From: Eledone cirrhosa
Lineage: Eukaryota
DNA length: 64,000 bases
Assembly (NCBI GenBank): GCA_964016885.1
Contig: OZ024747.1
Coordinates: 83,576,001 to 83,640,000 of the forward strand
Reading direction: 5' to 3'
Under the pieces are notes generated by a model. The model had not been told where the DNA came from. It searched no databases and saw nothing but the letters and a program-made list of their open reading frames with translations. Positions within the stretch are counted from its first letter, which is position 1. Each line of letters begins with the position of its first letter. Made by a program: the position numbers and the translations under genes. This document shows positions 26,468-39,568 of the stretch, in pieces.

Positions 26468-27439
26468 ATATATATATCATCATCATCACTGTTTCATCAT
26501 CTTCCAGCATAGTTACGTCCCTTTACGATCTGAGTTCAAATCCCACCGAGGTTGACTTTGCCTTTCATCCTTACGGGGTCGATAAAATAAAGTACCAGTA
26601 ATGCACTGGGTAATTGCTGGCCTTGTGCCTAAAGTAGAAACAATTATCGTTTAACGTCCAAGGTTAACTTTGCCTTTCATCCTTACGGGGTCGATAAAAT
26701 AAAGTACCAGTAATGCACTGGGTAATTGCTGGCCTTGTGCCTAACGTAGAAACAATTATCGTTTAACGTCCATCTTCCACGCTAGCATGGGTTAGACAGT
26801 TTAATCATGGGTTATTAATATTCCATTGTGTATAAATGTTTTGGGAAAATTTGAAATGTACGGTATACTTTTTTTTATAAAAAACCCATAAAATTTTAGT
26901 CTCACAACATGACAAAAATTATCTGCTTGTTAACCTTTATGTAACTATATTTCTAATGAAAAACACTGCCTATGGTTTTCAACTAATTTTGAAGATAATG
27001 AAAATTTTGAAGTTTTAACTAACTTTCAGATTATTAATTTTTATTTTAAAGATAAATATAAACATTTTAAAACAAGCAGTTGTGTATCATAGATTCAGGG
27101 CAGTTTCAGGTGGTTCAGTATTAAATAGGTTAAAGAAGATATATGTTATATTTAAAATTATCCTAAAATATTGTGTAATTCACAAACAAACAAACAAGAC
27201 AGACAGTAAACGTCTAGCTACAAAAATATTTCGCCCAACAATTCATATATGACTATTACAAACTACTGTAATATGAGGAGAATAAGTTGATATAGAGTTG
27301 AAGGGTTCAAAGTTAGGAATTAAAAACTTTACTATTATTAATGATGAAGTAAGATTTATTACAAGACTTTACCTTGGTCACATGCTAACATCAATTTTAT
27401 ATATAGATACTACCAAATACTCATTCTCTCTTATATACA

Positions 27440-27720
27440 CACATATACACCAGGTCCGAACACAAAAGAACCAAACTTCCACTGTCACCGCCTCCATCTC
27501 TCCTGCTCTCCCCATCTCTCACTATTGTGAGCAAATGGGGTCCACGTGCTGGCCGCCCTGAAGCGACAATGAGCTGAATAGAGAAGGTGTTTCCTTGGAG
27601 GATGATGAGGGAGACGCGTTGGAAGAGCCATTCTAGCTCACGAGGCTCACACCTGTGGGAAGCAAATTCTGTGCCGATGGTGGTGAGCAGGGAGGTGGCC
27701 CTAGGGCCAAGGACACCTTG
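27440..27720 (+). repeat. Unclassified GC-richer interspersed repeat
   Basis: atacaccaggtccgaacacaaa.gaaccaaact...ccatctctcactatt.tgagcaaatg recurs inverted at ~58231-58350. Confidence 0.6.
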
Positions 27721-28048
27721 TACCTAAAAGCATTTGTGTATCCTTTTTTTTTGTTTTTGATTATCATAAATTTTTTTAACCCTTTCATTGTAATATTTCT
27801 AATGAAAGACTGCCTACGATTTTCAAATCATTTTGAAAATAGGGATTTAGTAAAATATCTAACTTTCGCATTTTTAAGCTGGTGTAAGGTTCTGGCATAA
27901 AATTATGACAAGGTTTTTGAATATAATCACTCTAAAACAAACAGTTTTGCATTGTAGGTTTGCTACCAAAAGGGTTAAGTTGTATAAGACACCCATAGTT
28001 CATTTAACTCAACTATCCATAGTTCACTCAAGCAGTATGATAAGATAT

Positions 28049-28140
<92 letters not shown>

Positions 28141-28786
28141 TTGATCTGAAGGCAATCAACCCACCTGAAATAATAATAATAATGAAATTATTGTGTACAG
28201 TGCTCAGGTGCACTACAACTCATCAAAGGTGCATGTATAGTACATAGAATAATGTACAAATGTCAGGAAAACAAACAGTGTATGTTCATTCTTGTTCTAT
28301 GACAAAAACGGCATATATTTATCTAAAAGCATTCTACTACAAGAACCTTTGTTAGGTTATGCTCCAGACACTGACATAATAATGACAAAGTCAATTGTTT
28401 TATTATATACTTTCAAATTCTTGATTATTAAAAAAATTATTTGAAATTCATTGGTAGTAATTTAATTAGCAATATGGTAATGGAAGGGTTTATAATGTTA
28501 CAGTTATTTTAACCCTTTAGCATTTAAACTGGCTATATCTGGCCAGAATTCTCTCACCTCTTTCTGTTAAAACTGGCTGTAACCAGCCACTCATACCGAT
28601 GTTAAGGTATTGTTCTCAAAATAAATAACATCAAAATCTTGAGAGTCAATATTATGTGAGATATTTAAGTAAGATAAAACCTTTACCACAAAACAAAGTA
28701 TATATAGTGTAATGTAAATGGTAAAGGGTTAAGATTGATAGCAGCATCAAAATCATCAGCTAAGATATAAAAACAAATTCCAATTC

Positions 28787-29050
28787 ATGTGGGTATGTAT
28801 GTGTGTGCATGAGTATGTATGTGTGTGTATAGGTATGTATGTGTACAGATGGGTGTGTGTGTGTGTGTGTACAGATGGGTATGTATGTGTGTGTATAGAT
28901 ATGTATGTGTACAGATGGGTATGTATGTGTGTGTATGTGTACAGATGGGTATGTATGCGTGTGTATGTGTACAGATGGGTGTATATGTGTGTGTGGGGGT
29001 ATGTATGCATACAGAGGGGGTGTGTATTTATGTGCAAATGTGTGTGTAGA
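28787..29050. repeat. (TG)-rich minisatellite with unit containing GTACAGATGGGT
   Basis: Five recurrences of tgtacagatgggt within a TG/TA tract. Confidence 0.85.
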
Positions 29051-29841
29051 AAGTATTCTATATGCAAACAAAATGTTATAGATATGAAATGTTTCAAGAA
29101 AAGTTAGTCTAATGTTTCTGCGGTCTAGTTCGCAGGGTACAGCCCTTCTGACCCCATACCCTAGGCCCAAAGCCTAATCACCCTCCCCTCTCTTCTCCAA
29201 AGCCTAATCACCCCCCACCCTCCCTTCTCTTCTGTGACACTAGAGTTCTCCCCCCCCTCCCGTTAATTTTCTTTCTTTTCCCATTTTTTCTTTATATTTT
29301 CCTATTCTTTTTTTTCTGCCTTTGTTTCCTTTTATTGTTGTTATTATTGTTGTCATCCATTCTGAGTTCAAATCACGCCGAGGTTAACTTTGCCTTTCAT
29401 CCTTACGGGGTCGATAAAATAAAGTACCAGTAATGTACTGGGTAATTGCTGGCCTTGTGCCAAAAGTAGAAACAATTATTAATATTATTATTATTATTGT
29501 AAATAAAAATTACTTTTTTGCCGTAAAAAAAAATTGTAGTTCTAAGGTGATATGCTGTTCTAAGGTGATATGTAGTTCTAAGGTGAAGGTAACAACTTTT
29601 CTGTCACTTGTTAGTCCCTCCATCTGGATCTATGTCTCTCTGTGGAGATGGATCCACACACACTCCCCCCCCCCCCTATCTAGCCTGGCTTCATATCACC
29701 TCTTGTCTGCCAATGCCTATCTATCTATCTATCCTTGTCTGTGTTAGTGACAAATGCAATTCTGTCTGTGTCTCTAGCCTTGATTCTGTATGCCTACCTG
29801 CTCTCACCTTTTTTTCTTTTTCTTTTTCACTCACATACACT

Positions 29842-29882
<41 letters not shown>

Positions 29883-29992
29883 GTAAGTGTGTGTATATAT
29901 ATATATATGCATGTATATGGATGTGTGTGTGTGTGTATGTATATACACACACACACACAACACGCACACATACATACACATATATATATACA

Positions 29993-30045
<53 letters not shown>

Positions 30046-30482
30046 TAAGCTCTCATTTTGTTCATGGCTGTGGAATTCTGTAGGTGTAATATCTGTGTTA
30101 GTGATGGCGATTGTAATGCTGTAAGTTTTTCTCAGCCTGCATGTTTATAACATCAAGCAGAGACCTGCTACTTTGCACCTTCAATCAGCACTATTAGTCT
30201 CATGCTGTTTGAAACTTACAAACCAGGGAAGGGTTATTTTCCTCTCTTTTGTTTTGTTTTGTGGCTTTTTTTTTCTTCATATTTTCATATTTTCTTTTCT
30301 CTTTTTTCTCTTTTTTCTTTTTTTCTTCTTTTTTTCTTTTTTTCTTTTTTTTCCCTTTTTTTTCTTTTTTAAATCAAATCTGACAGTCCCCACCCCCTTT
30401 CCTCCCCACCTCTCTCTTGTGATATAAAATGACAAAATAAACTGCTGCACAATCACTGTGTGTGTGTGTGCGCATGCGTCTT

Positions 30483-30600
30483 TATATATATATATGTATA
30501 TATATATATAGGTATATATGTATGTAAATATGTATATATATATATATATATCGGTATATATATATATGTATATATATATATCTATGTATATATAAATATG

Positions 30601-30635
<35 letters not shown>

Positions 30636-30722
30636 GTATATGTTTATATATATGTATATATATATATAGGTATATATGTATATATATATAGGTATATATG
30701 TATATATGTATAGGTATATATG

Positions 30723-30754
<32 letters not shown>

Positions 30755-30784
30755 TATATGTGTATATGTACATATATATATAGG

Positions 30785-30831
<47 letters not shown>

Positions 30832-30888
30832 GTATGTATATATGTACATGTATATATATGTATGTATATATATGTATATATGTACATG

Positions 30889-30919
<31 letters not shown>

Positions 30920-30940
30920 GTATATATATATATGTATGGA

Positions 30941-30983
<43 letters not shown>

Positions 30984-31481
30984 ATATGTATATATGTATA
31001 TATATATATGTGTATATATATGTATATATATATATGTATATATGTATATGTATATATGTATATATATGTATATATGTATATGTATATATGTATATATATG
31101 TATATATGTATATGTATATATATATGTATATGTATATATATATGTGTATATATGTATATATATATGTATATATATATGTGTATATGTATATATGTATGTA
31201 CATGTATATATGTATATGTATATATGTATGTATATGTATATATGTATATATATATCATGTATGTATATATATATATATATATATATACTTATGTATATAT
31301 GTATATATATATAGATTCTGTATGTATATATATATATATATGTATGTATATGTATATATGTATATATATAGATCATGTATATATATATATATATATATAT
31401 GTATATGTATATATATATATAGATCATGTATGTATATATTTATATGTATGTATATATATATATCATGTATGTATATATATG

Positions 31482-31548
<67 letters not shown>

Positions 31549-31568
31549 GTATATATATATTGATATAT
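30483..31568. repeat. ~1.1 kb degenerate (TA)n/(TATG)n microsatellite
   Basis: Directly visible; source of the Y/I-rich ORFs. Confidence 0.95.
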
Positions 31569-31728
31569 GTGTGTGTGTGATCATATTATATTAGTGTATT
31601 TGTGTGTGGGTATGTATATTATGTTTTTATTTTATGCCTATGTGCATGTTTCTGTGTATCTCCCCTCCTCTCTCTTTCTACAAACACACACAAAAACACA
31701 TGTACACCCCTCTCCTACCCCTCCCCCA

Positions 31729-31769
<41 letters not shown>

Positions 31770-32079
31770 ACATAAATATATATAGTTGGGGGTGGGCGTA
31801 GATATTCTGAATTGTTCCTCAAACTCCCACAGAAGTAATGCTACTTCTCATTGTAACTTAAGCACAAATTACATATGCTCTGAGAGAGATTTTAGTGTGT
31901 GTGTATGTGTGCACCTTTCTATCTCTACCCCCCTGTCTGTCTTTTCCTCTCTCACACACATATATATATAAACACACATACACTCTCATTTCTCTCTCCT
32001 ACCCCATCCTCACTCATTCTTTCTCTCCCTTCGCTCGCAGAGCAGCAGGTTTACTGGCCTGGAACATTTAGGGCATAAC

Positions 32080-32087
32080 TGACGTCA
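32080..32087. promoter_or_regulatory. Full palindromic CRE (TGACGTCA) in a short non-repeat island
   Basis: Exact 8-mer containing CpG within ~32030-32115, between microsatellite tracts. Function not shown. Confidence 0.3.
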
Positions 32088-33124
32088 TATTTATTCATGT
32101 AGCACATGCAGAATACTTTGGGAGAGAGAGAGAGCGTACCTTTTTTCTTTTCATTTTTGTTCTAATTTACCTTCATAAATTCATAGATTTCACATCTTCA
32201 CACATGCACACACACATACACTCACTGCTAGCAGTCCAACCCATGCTAGTATGGAAAATCAGCATGAAATTATCTCTCTCTCTTTATATATATATACACA
32301 TACATACATACATGTGTGTATCTATATGTTCATGTGAGTGGGCATATGTAAGTAAAATGCTGGGCCCTGGTTCTAAGTACTGAGTCGGCCTTTGACGGCC
32401 TGTCCAAATATTAAATTATATATATATAAAAATAAATATATAAAATGTATATGTGTGTGTGTAATTATATCATGGTTGTGTCACAGTATGGCTGCCATCC
32501 AATTAATGAAATAAGAAAATGATTACACTTTATTAGAGGCATCGGAAGCAGCTGTTGAGGTAAATCCTGTGATTACATCTCGGGAATTCAGCAGGCTTTT
32601 AATGTTAGTTATACGACTGTCCTAAATCAATTAGTTTTAAAAGTTGGAAAATGGGCATCACATAACCTGTCTGTGCTGATTATTTTTGAGGCATTGCATT
32701 TGTAACAATCCCAAGTGTCATTACTGGGGATGGAAAATAGACCCCTTATCCCAATGTTAAATCAGTGGTTTGATCATGGTAATAGACCTACCCAGCAGTC
32801 TTGAGAGGATCAGCATCTACAGAAGATCCTGTTAGGTATGTGATGGGATATGTAATGGATTGTACGTTATGAACTGTTAACACATTCAACACCAACCTGC
32901 ATAAAACTGCCGCTGATTCCAGGATAAAACAGTTTATTTTAAAGTGTTTGTATCTCAATTAAAACTTTCCATCATTTAAGAACTTTGTCACGTTCTTAAC
33001 ACCAATTTAATGAAAATGTTATTTTATTAAAACACTCTAAATTCTTTAATTTTTAAATTCATTGAAACAGATTCTGTGTATTTCATGAGAAATATGGTCA
33101 TGTAAAGAGTAATCAATGGTTTAA

Positions 33125-33525
33125 GAATCATAGCTGAGGTTATGCTCAACAATTTTAGTATTTAAAAACAGCTTTGGATAAAAAATTCCCATCTTTATTG
33201 AACAGAACAAGGATAATTCTTCTTTACAATAATGCCTACTCCTTGTACTGCAGTAGTAACCAAGGACTTCCTAGAGGGACTCGGGGAAAAATTGTTTTAC
33301 CCATCATATATTCCTGACATTGAACCTTCTGATTATCATTTGTTTATTAGTTTACAAAATTATTTTGGTTAACTTGGGCTAATATCACAAGAGGAGGTTG
33401 AAAATAAGTTAGTCTCCCATTTCACACTTAAACCCAAGGCATCTATAAAATATGGCATCTATAAGCTTGTTGACAGATGGAATAAAGTTATCAAAAGTAG
33501 TGCAGATAATTAAATATTGATGATT
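33125..33525 (+). pseudogene. Mariner transposase relic (C-terminal catalytic part)
   Basis: Translates YPSYIPDIEPSDYHLFISLQNYF (cf. mariner HPPYSPDLAPSDYHLF) and GIYKLVDRWNKVI. Confidence 0.8.
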
Positions 33526-33854
33526 AAATATGATTAAATATAGTCATAAAAAACAACTATAATTTGCAAAATAGATGTTAAAATCTGTTATATAATTATT
33601 TTATGACCTATTCTTTTTTTCATTGTGGTATATATGTATATATATATGAACACACACACACATATGAAGGTGTGTGCGTGTATCATTTTATATATATATA
33701 TAAGTTAAAACAATGAAATAAAAAATCAAGTCATTAGAAATATACTTCACTGCTTTACGATGATAATACATCGTAACTATACTTCGATATCGATCATTGA
33801 GTTCTTCATGCAGACTAGACCCCACAACTTACCGTGGATATCTCTGTGTATATA

Positions 33855-34934
33855 TCTACTATATAAATTGGAAGTGGTCAGACGTTGTATATTTAAGTGT
33901 ATATTTAAGTAAGTAAGTGTAGTCGGATAAACGTTGAAACGGCTAGGTGGAATGCAGTGAAAATTTACACAGTTATGCAGAATGACCCGAGGAGGCGTTG
34001 GGTCAACTTTTAGGGTACAAGCTTCCATGGTTACGGAGAAAATCGATGAAACAGGAATTTCCCATTCAAATTGAACTGAGAGTAATCTGTGAACGTAGAA
34101 GTAAATATTTCGGGAAACGTTCCAACCGAACGAAAACAGGAAGATGATAATTTGGTTCGTGAAGACCTTCCCTGGCAATGAACGGAAAAAAAAGCGAGGT
34201 TAATACGTCGTTATGTGGAACGTAAAGAACAATTTCATGCAAAGACAAGACCAAATTTATGGTATAAATGGAGTCGTTAGACTAATATTCTATTTAACAT
34301 AACAGAATGATTTCCAGCCCCGGAGTTTAAGAATGATGTAAATAAAATTGAAAATGAAAATGACAGAGGTTATTAAAATAGTAAAAGTAAATAGTGAAGA
34401 TTTAGGCCAGTACATACGTATGCCCCGACGAACATACACATACATATGCACACACAAATGCCCCCCACCCCCCACACACACACATACACACAAGCGCGCG
34501 CGTGTATAAACCTTATGCATTTCTACAGTAATTTCACCAAACTTAAGACATAGGTTACTTATGTACTCCGCATGGTCATGGGCACTTTCATTTTTCCAGA
34601 TATTGATTATAGGGCCTCCCGGCAGATAACCCCCTTTAACCACTTCCTTGGAGTCGACTGAAGAACTGCAGTGCAATGCAACAAAACGTTATAACTTCTG
34701 GAGTTCGCAACCGATTTTCACAAAACTTGACACATGGGCTACGTTTGTCCTACAGATGAATGTGAACTCTCAGAATTGGCACATATTGAGTAGGGGACCC
34801 CTGGGGGCAGGAACCCTCTTTTGGAAAAAGTCAATTTTGTAAAAGTATAGTTTTCGAAGTAGCACTGAAGTATTGACATAAATTGTATAGACAACTGCTA
34901 TTTAATACCCGAGCAACACCAGGTACCTCTGCTA

Positions 34935-34935
<1 letters not shown>
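33855..34935 (+). mobile_element. Non-autonomous Helitron
   Basis: A|TC 5' end (TCTACTATATAA), subterminal cccgagcaacaccagg hairpin remnant, CTAG|T 3' end, no TSD, CpG-rich relative to flanks. Confidence 0.8.
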
Positions 34936-34973
<38 letters not shown>

Positions 34974-37504
34974 TTGTGACTATGTTGGTGATTTTGTTAT
35001 TGTTAGTGATGGTTAGTGGTGTTAGTTAGACAATCATACAGTTATAAAAATATTCCCAAGTTTGAGGTGATGATGTTTCCTTTGTTGCTATCTTACTGAA
35101 ACAGAAATTTGTTTATAGATGGTCAAGGTGGTCAGAAAATTGGTGCTAACCCATTTAGTAAGCTTCCTTCCTCAGGATGTTTTGTGTCAATTTCACACCA
35201 AAATTCTGTTATGTATATATTTATTTATTTATTTATGTATATATTTATTTATTTATTTTTCTTGAAAATAAACTAGTTTATAATAAATGATCTGTTGAGA
35301 AATAATTCAATAGTCTGATGTTTACAAGAATGTTGAATAGTGGTTGAGGATTGTTTGTAGAAATATTTACCTCTTTTGATACAAATCCATCCAAATCAGT
35401 CTCTAGTACTATTAATGGTAACCACTTCTGAACAACCTTCGAGCTTATATATACATCTTAAAAATAAAATGCAAAAAGCATCAAGATGAGCCAAAACCTC
35501 AGCAAGCATTTTTAAAGGGTTATGACTTTGATTAAAACCTTCCAACATCAATTTATATACAAACCTTTTGTTAAGTTGGGTTACAATTACAATCTTAATA
35601 ATGAAATAATTTTAGTAAATCTCATCAAGTTTTTCAGTAAATCAGATATAGTGCTGAATATAGTTTGGGTTTTGGTTAGTATCATGTAAACTGTATAAAA
35701 GTGAGGCTACTATTTGGTCAGGGTTGAATGAACAAACAAGAGCTAAAATAAAATAAATGTTTTAGTGTACTTTAGAGTCATGACAGTAGGATATGATGTA
35801 TGGCTCCCCAAAGTAAGAAGATCAAAGAAACTTTGACTCCATGTATTGTGACATTGTGCTCAACATCCAGAAGAAGTTTCAAAGCTGATCATGTGGCATT
35901 GAGTAGGAAAGTATGCTGCGTGTTATGTCATATACCGTGCCGACATGAAGCATGATTCTGAACTGGAATCTTTACAGGAATTGAAGATGGCAATGATGGA
36001 CAGAGAAGTGTGGTAAAAAAACTTTGTTGCCTTGATCCTTGGGAGCCTGAACTAAGCAATTAACCAGCTAGTGTATGTTTATCCCATGGTTCCACCAGCT
36101 CAGCTCTGTACATCTAGACATATAGATGAAAGATCTGTAAGAACAAGTCTGTCTAGTCGAAATATATTTGTTACTCCTACTCTAAATTTGAATGGCTTCC
36201 TCGCAGTTTCAACCTACTAAATTCTACACTCAAGATCAACTTCTGGCTATAGTAGAAGATTTATGCTCAAAGTGCCATGCAGTGGATTGAACTTTGACTG
36301 TGAACCACACATCCAAGCCTATGCCCAAATATAAAACATTTTTTCCTACGCTAACAATTTCTTTTTCTTTTATACATAGGGAAGTAAAGGCCTACCTATG
36401 ATGCTTTTTTAGAACTTCATTGATTGGTGGGAGGGTAGGTGAAGAGTATTCTCAAACTAAATATCTGCCATGAGTACTTGCAAATTACTTTACTATAATA
36501 AGTGATCGTTTTATTATTGAACTTGTGTATGGAACATAAAATGTTCTTATATAAAATCAAAACAGGTTAGAATTTTATTCACAAAACCAGAGGCAGTTTC
36601 AGGTGTGTTGGCAGAGATGTTAAGGCTTCAAAAGGGTTAAAATATCTGTTTGTAACCAATGCCAAGGATACAGGAGAACTTATGTATTATATTTGACTTC
36701 GTCAAGATTTGAACACAGAACTCAGACAAGGAACAAATATTCAATGATCTAACAAATACTGTCAAATTGATCACCTTTATGTTCTAAGTACTAACTTAAT
36801 AACGGGAGAGGTAGCAATTTTATCAAATACCTAAAAATTAATTGAAAATCAAAGACATCGTAGTTCGTTAGAAATATGGTAACGAAAGTGTTTACAAATT
36901 TTTGCAACCAATGCACAAAAAAACTTATCTATTTCATTTGGATTTGTAGATGAGGACTTTAATTACCCCTTACCATAAATACCACAAATTTATCAGATAA
37001 AAGGAAAGCCACTGCATATACACACATGCATTTACACATATTGATTTATTTATGCTTCAGCCTCTTCTCTCATTTTGTGTTGGAAAAGGAGATTTAGTAA
37101 TTTATTTAATCCCCAGAATATTACTGGTATTAACTCTTATACCAACAGAATCCATGTAGATAAAATCAGTTAAACAAATTATATGCTATGCACACTATAA
37201 GCTTGTTTCTCTTTCCATCCTACCCTTTTCTTCTTTTTTTTCTTTGAATGATTGCTTCTTTCTTTTCTTCTTGTCTCCTTCCACCCCCTCACCCCCTCAA
37301 TGTTAGTTTTTAACTTCCTTTTAGCCTTGCTGCCATTCTTCAGGAATGAGGTAGAAATTTACCATCACTCTACACCCCACCTTTCATGAATAATTAAATC
37401 AATTAATTACTGATGAAATGGTAGATTAAAGAATGATATAATATAGTACCTCTTCCTTCCACTACTTGCAGACCAGCAAATTAAGGGGAAGGCTATATAT
37501 ATAT

Positions 37505-37764
37505 ATCCTTGAGCAAGACACTTCATTTCACATTGCTCCAATTTACTCAGCTGTAGAAATGAGATGATAGGGACTGGGATCCCTATCATCCCACTGTAAA
37601 GTGGTCGTGGAGGCGCCACGACAAAAAAGCACCCAGCACTCACTGTAAATGAGGTTGGTGTTAGGAAGGGCATCCAGCTGTAGAAATCAAGCCAAAATCA
37701 GTTCCCGTCCCACCCTAGCAAGCAGGGAAGAGCGGACATAAAATGATGATGATGATGATGATGA
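37505..37764 (+). mobile_element. 5'-truncated CORE-type SINE family B with RTE-derived tail
   Basis: CORE-like ccttgagcaagacacttcatttcac...gctgtagaaatgag; ends cccgtcccaccctagcaagcagggaagagcggacataaaat(gat)n, matching the 3' end of the LINE at 38034. Confidence 0.85.
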
Positions 37765-38001
37765 TATATATATATATATATACAATATAAAGAAATACAC
37801 AGATACATGCGAATACATACATATACATGCATATACACACACATATCCCTGAATTTGTGTGGTGCCAACCTTAACTGTTGTTGCTCTATGATTAATAGGG
37901 ACACAGAGCTATATAATACATTATAAGAATGTAGAGGAATATTGGGTATTTATATTTTTTATTTATTTATGTCTAATGTTTCTTCTTTCTTTATAATATA
38001 T

Positions 38002-38033
<32 letters not shown>

Positions 38034-38036
<3 letters not shown>

Positions 38037-39568
38037 TCATCATCATCATCATTTTACGTCCGCTTTTCCCTGCTTGCAAGGGTGGGACGGGTCTTATTCA
38101 GCACAGCATCTCTCCACTCGTCACGGTCCCTCGTCATCTCCACCGTGAGCTTCAATGATCTGAGGTCTGTTTTCACCACCTCCGCCCATGTTTTTCGTGG
38201 TCTACCTCTACTACGTCTTCCTTCAACTGGCATTTCCTGGCACTTCTTCACCCATCGGTCATCCTCCATGCGCATCACATGTCCATACCACCTCAGTCTC
38301 CTCTCCCGTACACTACATTCTATCCCTCTCAGACACAGTTTCTCTCTCAACACATTTATGCTGGGTCGTTCACGCACATTTACACTGCACATCCAACGGA
38401 GCATGCTTGCCTCATTTCTCTCCAGCCGTCGCATATCTTCTGCGGTAGCTGCCCATGTCTCACTACCATGCAGCATCGCGCTCCTCACACAGGCATCATA
38501 CAACCGGCCTTTCGTACGCAGGGAGAAACCCTTCTTCGTTAACAGAGGAAGCAGCTCCCTAAACTTCTTCCAACCCGTCCTTATTCTAGATACTATGGCC
38601 TCGGAACACCCTCCTCCCATGCTAATCTGATCTCCTAGGTACCGGAAGCTATCCACCACTTCTATAGCGCCCTCTCGCATTTGAAAAATGTGTCTATCAG
38701 TGCGACTTCTACTGTCTAATTTCCCTGTACATCTACTGCATACATATTTCTCCCTACCTGTTAGTTTGCCTGCTATCCCGCTACATCTCTTGTGTACCCA
38801 GGACCTACATTGTGTGCATTTTATAGAATTTATGCCAGTTCCTTTTCTGCATATCGAACATGGCCATTTCCCTGACGGAATCAGGGTTTTGTCCTCTTTT
38901 CTACTCATCAACACTTTTGTCTTAGCTAGATTTACTCTCAGTCCTCTTGCTTCCAACTGCTGTTTCCATAGCCGGAATTTATTCTCTAGCTCCTCTACTG
39001 ATTCTGCCATAAGAGCCAGATCGTCAGCATAGAGAAGTTCCCATGGACAGCCAGTCTTAAACTCCTCTGTTATGGCTTGGAGGACTATAATGAACAAGAG
39101 CGGGCTGAGGACCGAACCCTGATGTACTCCTACTTGTATCTGGAATTCCTCACTAAACTCCATTCCTACCCTGACTTTACTGAGAGTACCTCTGTACAAA
39201 GTTTGCACTGTCCTTACAAGCCATTCCTCAACACCCAGCTTCCTTAGGGACCACCAGATGACAGATCGGGGTACCCTATCAAAGGCCTTCTCTAGGTCAA
39301 CAAAGGCCAAGTATAGTGGCTTATTCTTCTCTAAGAACCTCTCTTGCATTTGTCTCACCAAGAAGAGGGCATCTGTTGTACTCTTCCCAGGCACAAAACC
39401 AAACTGCATCTCATCTAGTTTGACCCTTTCTCTAATTAGTTGTGCTAAAATCCTTTCTGCCACTTTCATAACCTGATCTATCAGTTTTATACCCCTATAA
39501 TTGCTCCTCTCCAAAGCATCTCCTTTACCTTTGTAGCAATTTATGAGAATACTGCTGCACCAGTCTTT
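38034..39568 (-). mobile_element. 5'-truncated, apparently young RTE-clade LINE in a (TA)n tract
   Basis: Uninterrupted RT frame from the truncation point to the stop, followed directly by the (GAT)n tail; TA repeats on both flanks. Confidence 0.95.
38054..39514 (-). CDS. LINE reverse transcriptase domain (N-terminally truncated, no endonuclease) with internal PHD-like finger
   Basis: 486-aa ORF with NYRGIKL, QFGFVPGKST, FVDLEKAFD, GVHQGSVLSPLLF, YADD, GLRVN..KT, FRYLG, GSETW and RLRWYGHV. The frame stays open upstream to ~39568 (KDWCSSILINCYKGKGDA). The TTG start is not a true initiation site. Confidence 0.9.
   Translation of the reverse strand: MERSNYRGIKLIDQVMKVAERILAQLIRERVKLDEMQFGFVPGKSTTDALFLVRQMQERFLEKNKPLYLAFVDLEKAFDRVPRSVIWWSLRKLGVEEWLVRTVQTLYRGTLSKVRVGMEFSEEFQIQVGVHQGSVLSPLLFIIVLQAITEEFKTGCPWELLYADDLALMAESVEELENKFRLWKQQLEARGLRVNLAKTKVLMSRKEDKTLIPSGKWPCSICRKGTGINSIKCTQCRSWVHKRCSGIAGKLTGREKYVCSRCTGKLDSRSRTDRHIFQMREGAIEVVDSFRYLGDQISMGGGCSEAIVSRIRTGWKKFRELLPLLTKKGFSLRTKGRLYDACVRSAMLHGSETWAATAEDMRRLERNEASMLRWMCSVNVRERPSINVLREKLCLRGIECSVRERRLRWYGHVMRMEDDRWVKKCQEMPVEGRRSRGRPRKTWAEVVKTDLRSLKLTVEMTRDRDEWRDAVLNKTRPTLASREKRT

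Noticed and set aside
29535-29586. Three 18-bp direct repeats (gttctaaggtgata)
   Set aside because: Simple tandem repeat without unique spacers; not CRISPR.
30277-31594. Long Y/I/H/T-rich ORFs up to 308 aa
   Set aside because: Artefacts of the (TA)n tract.
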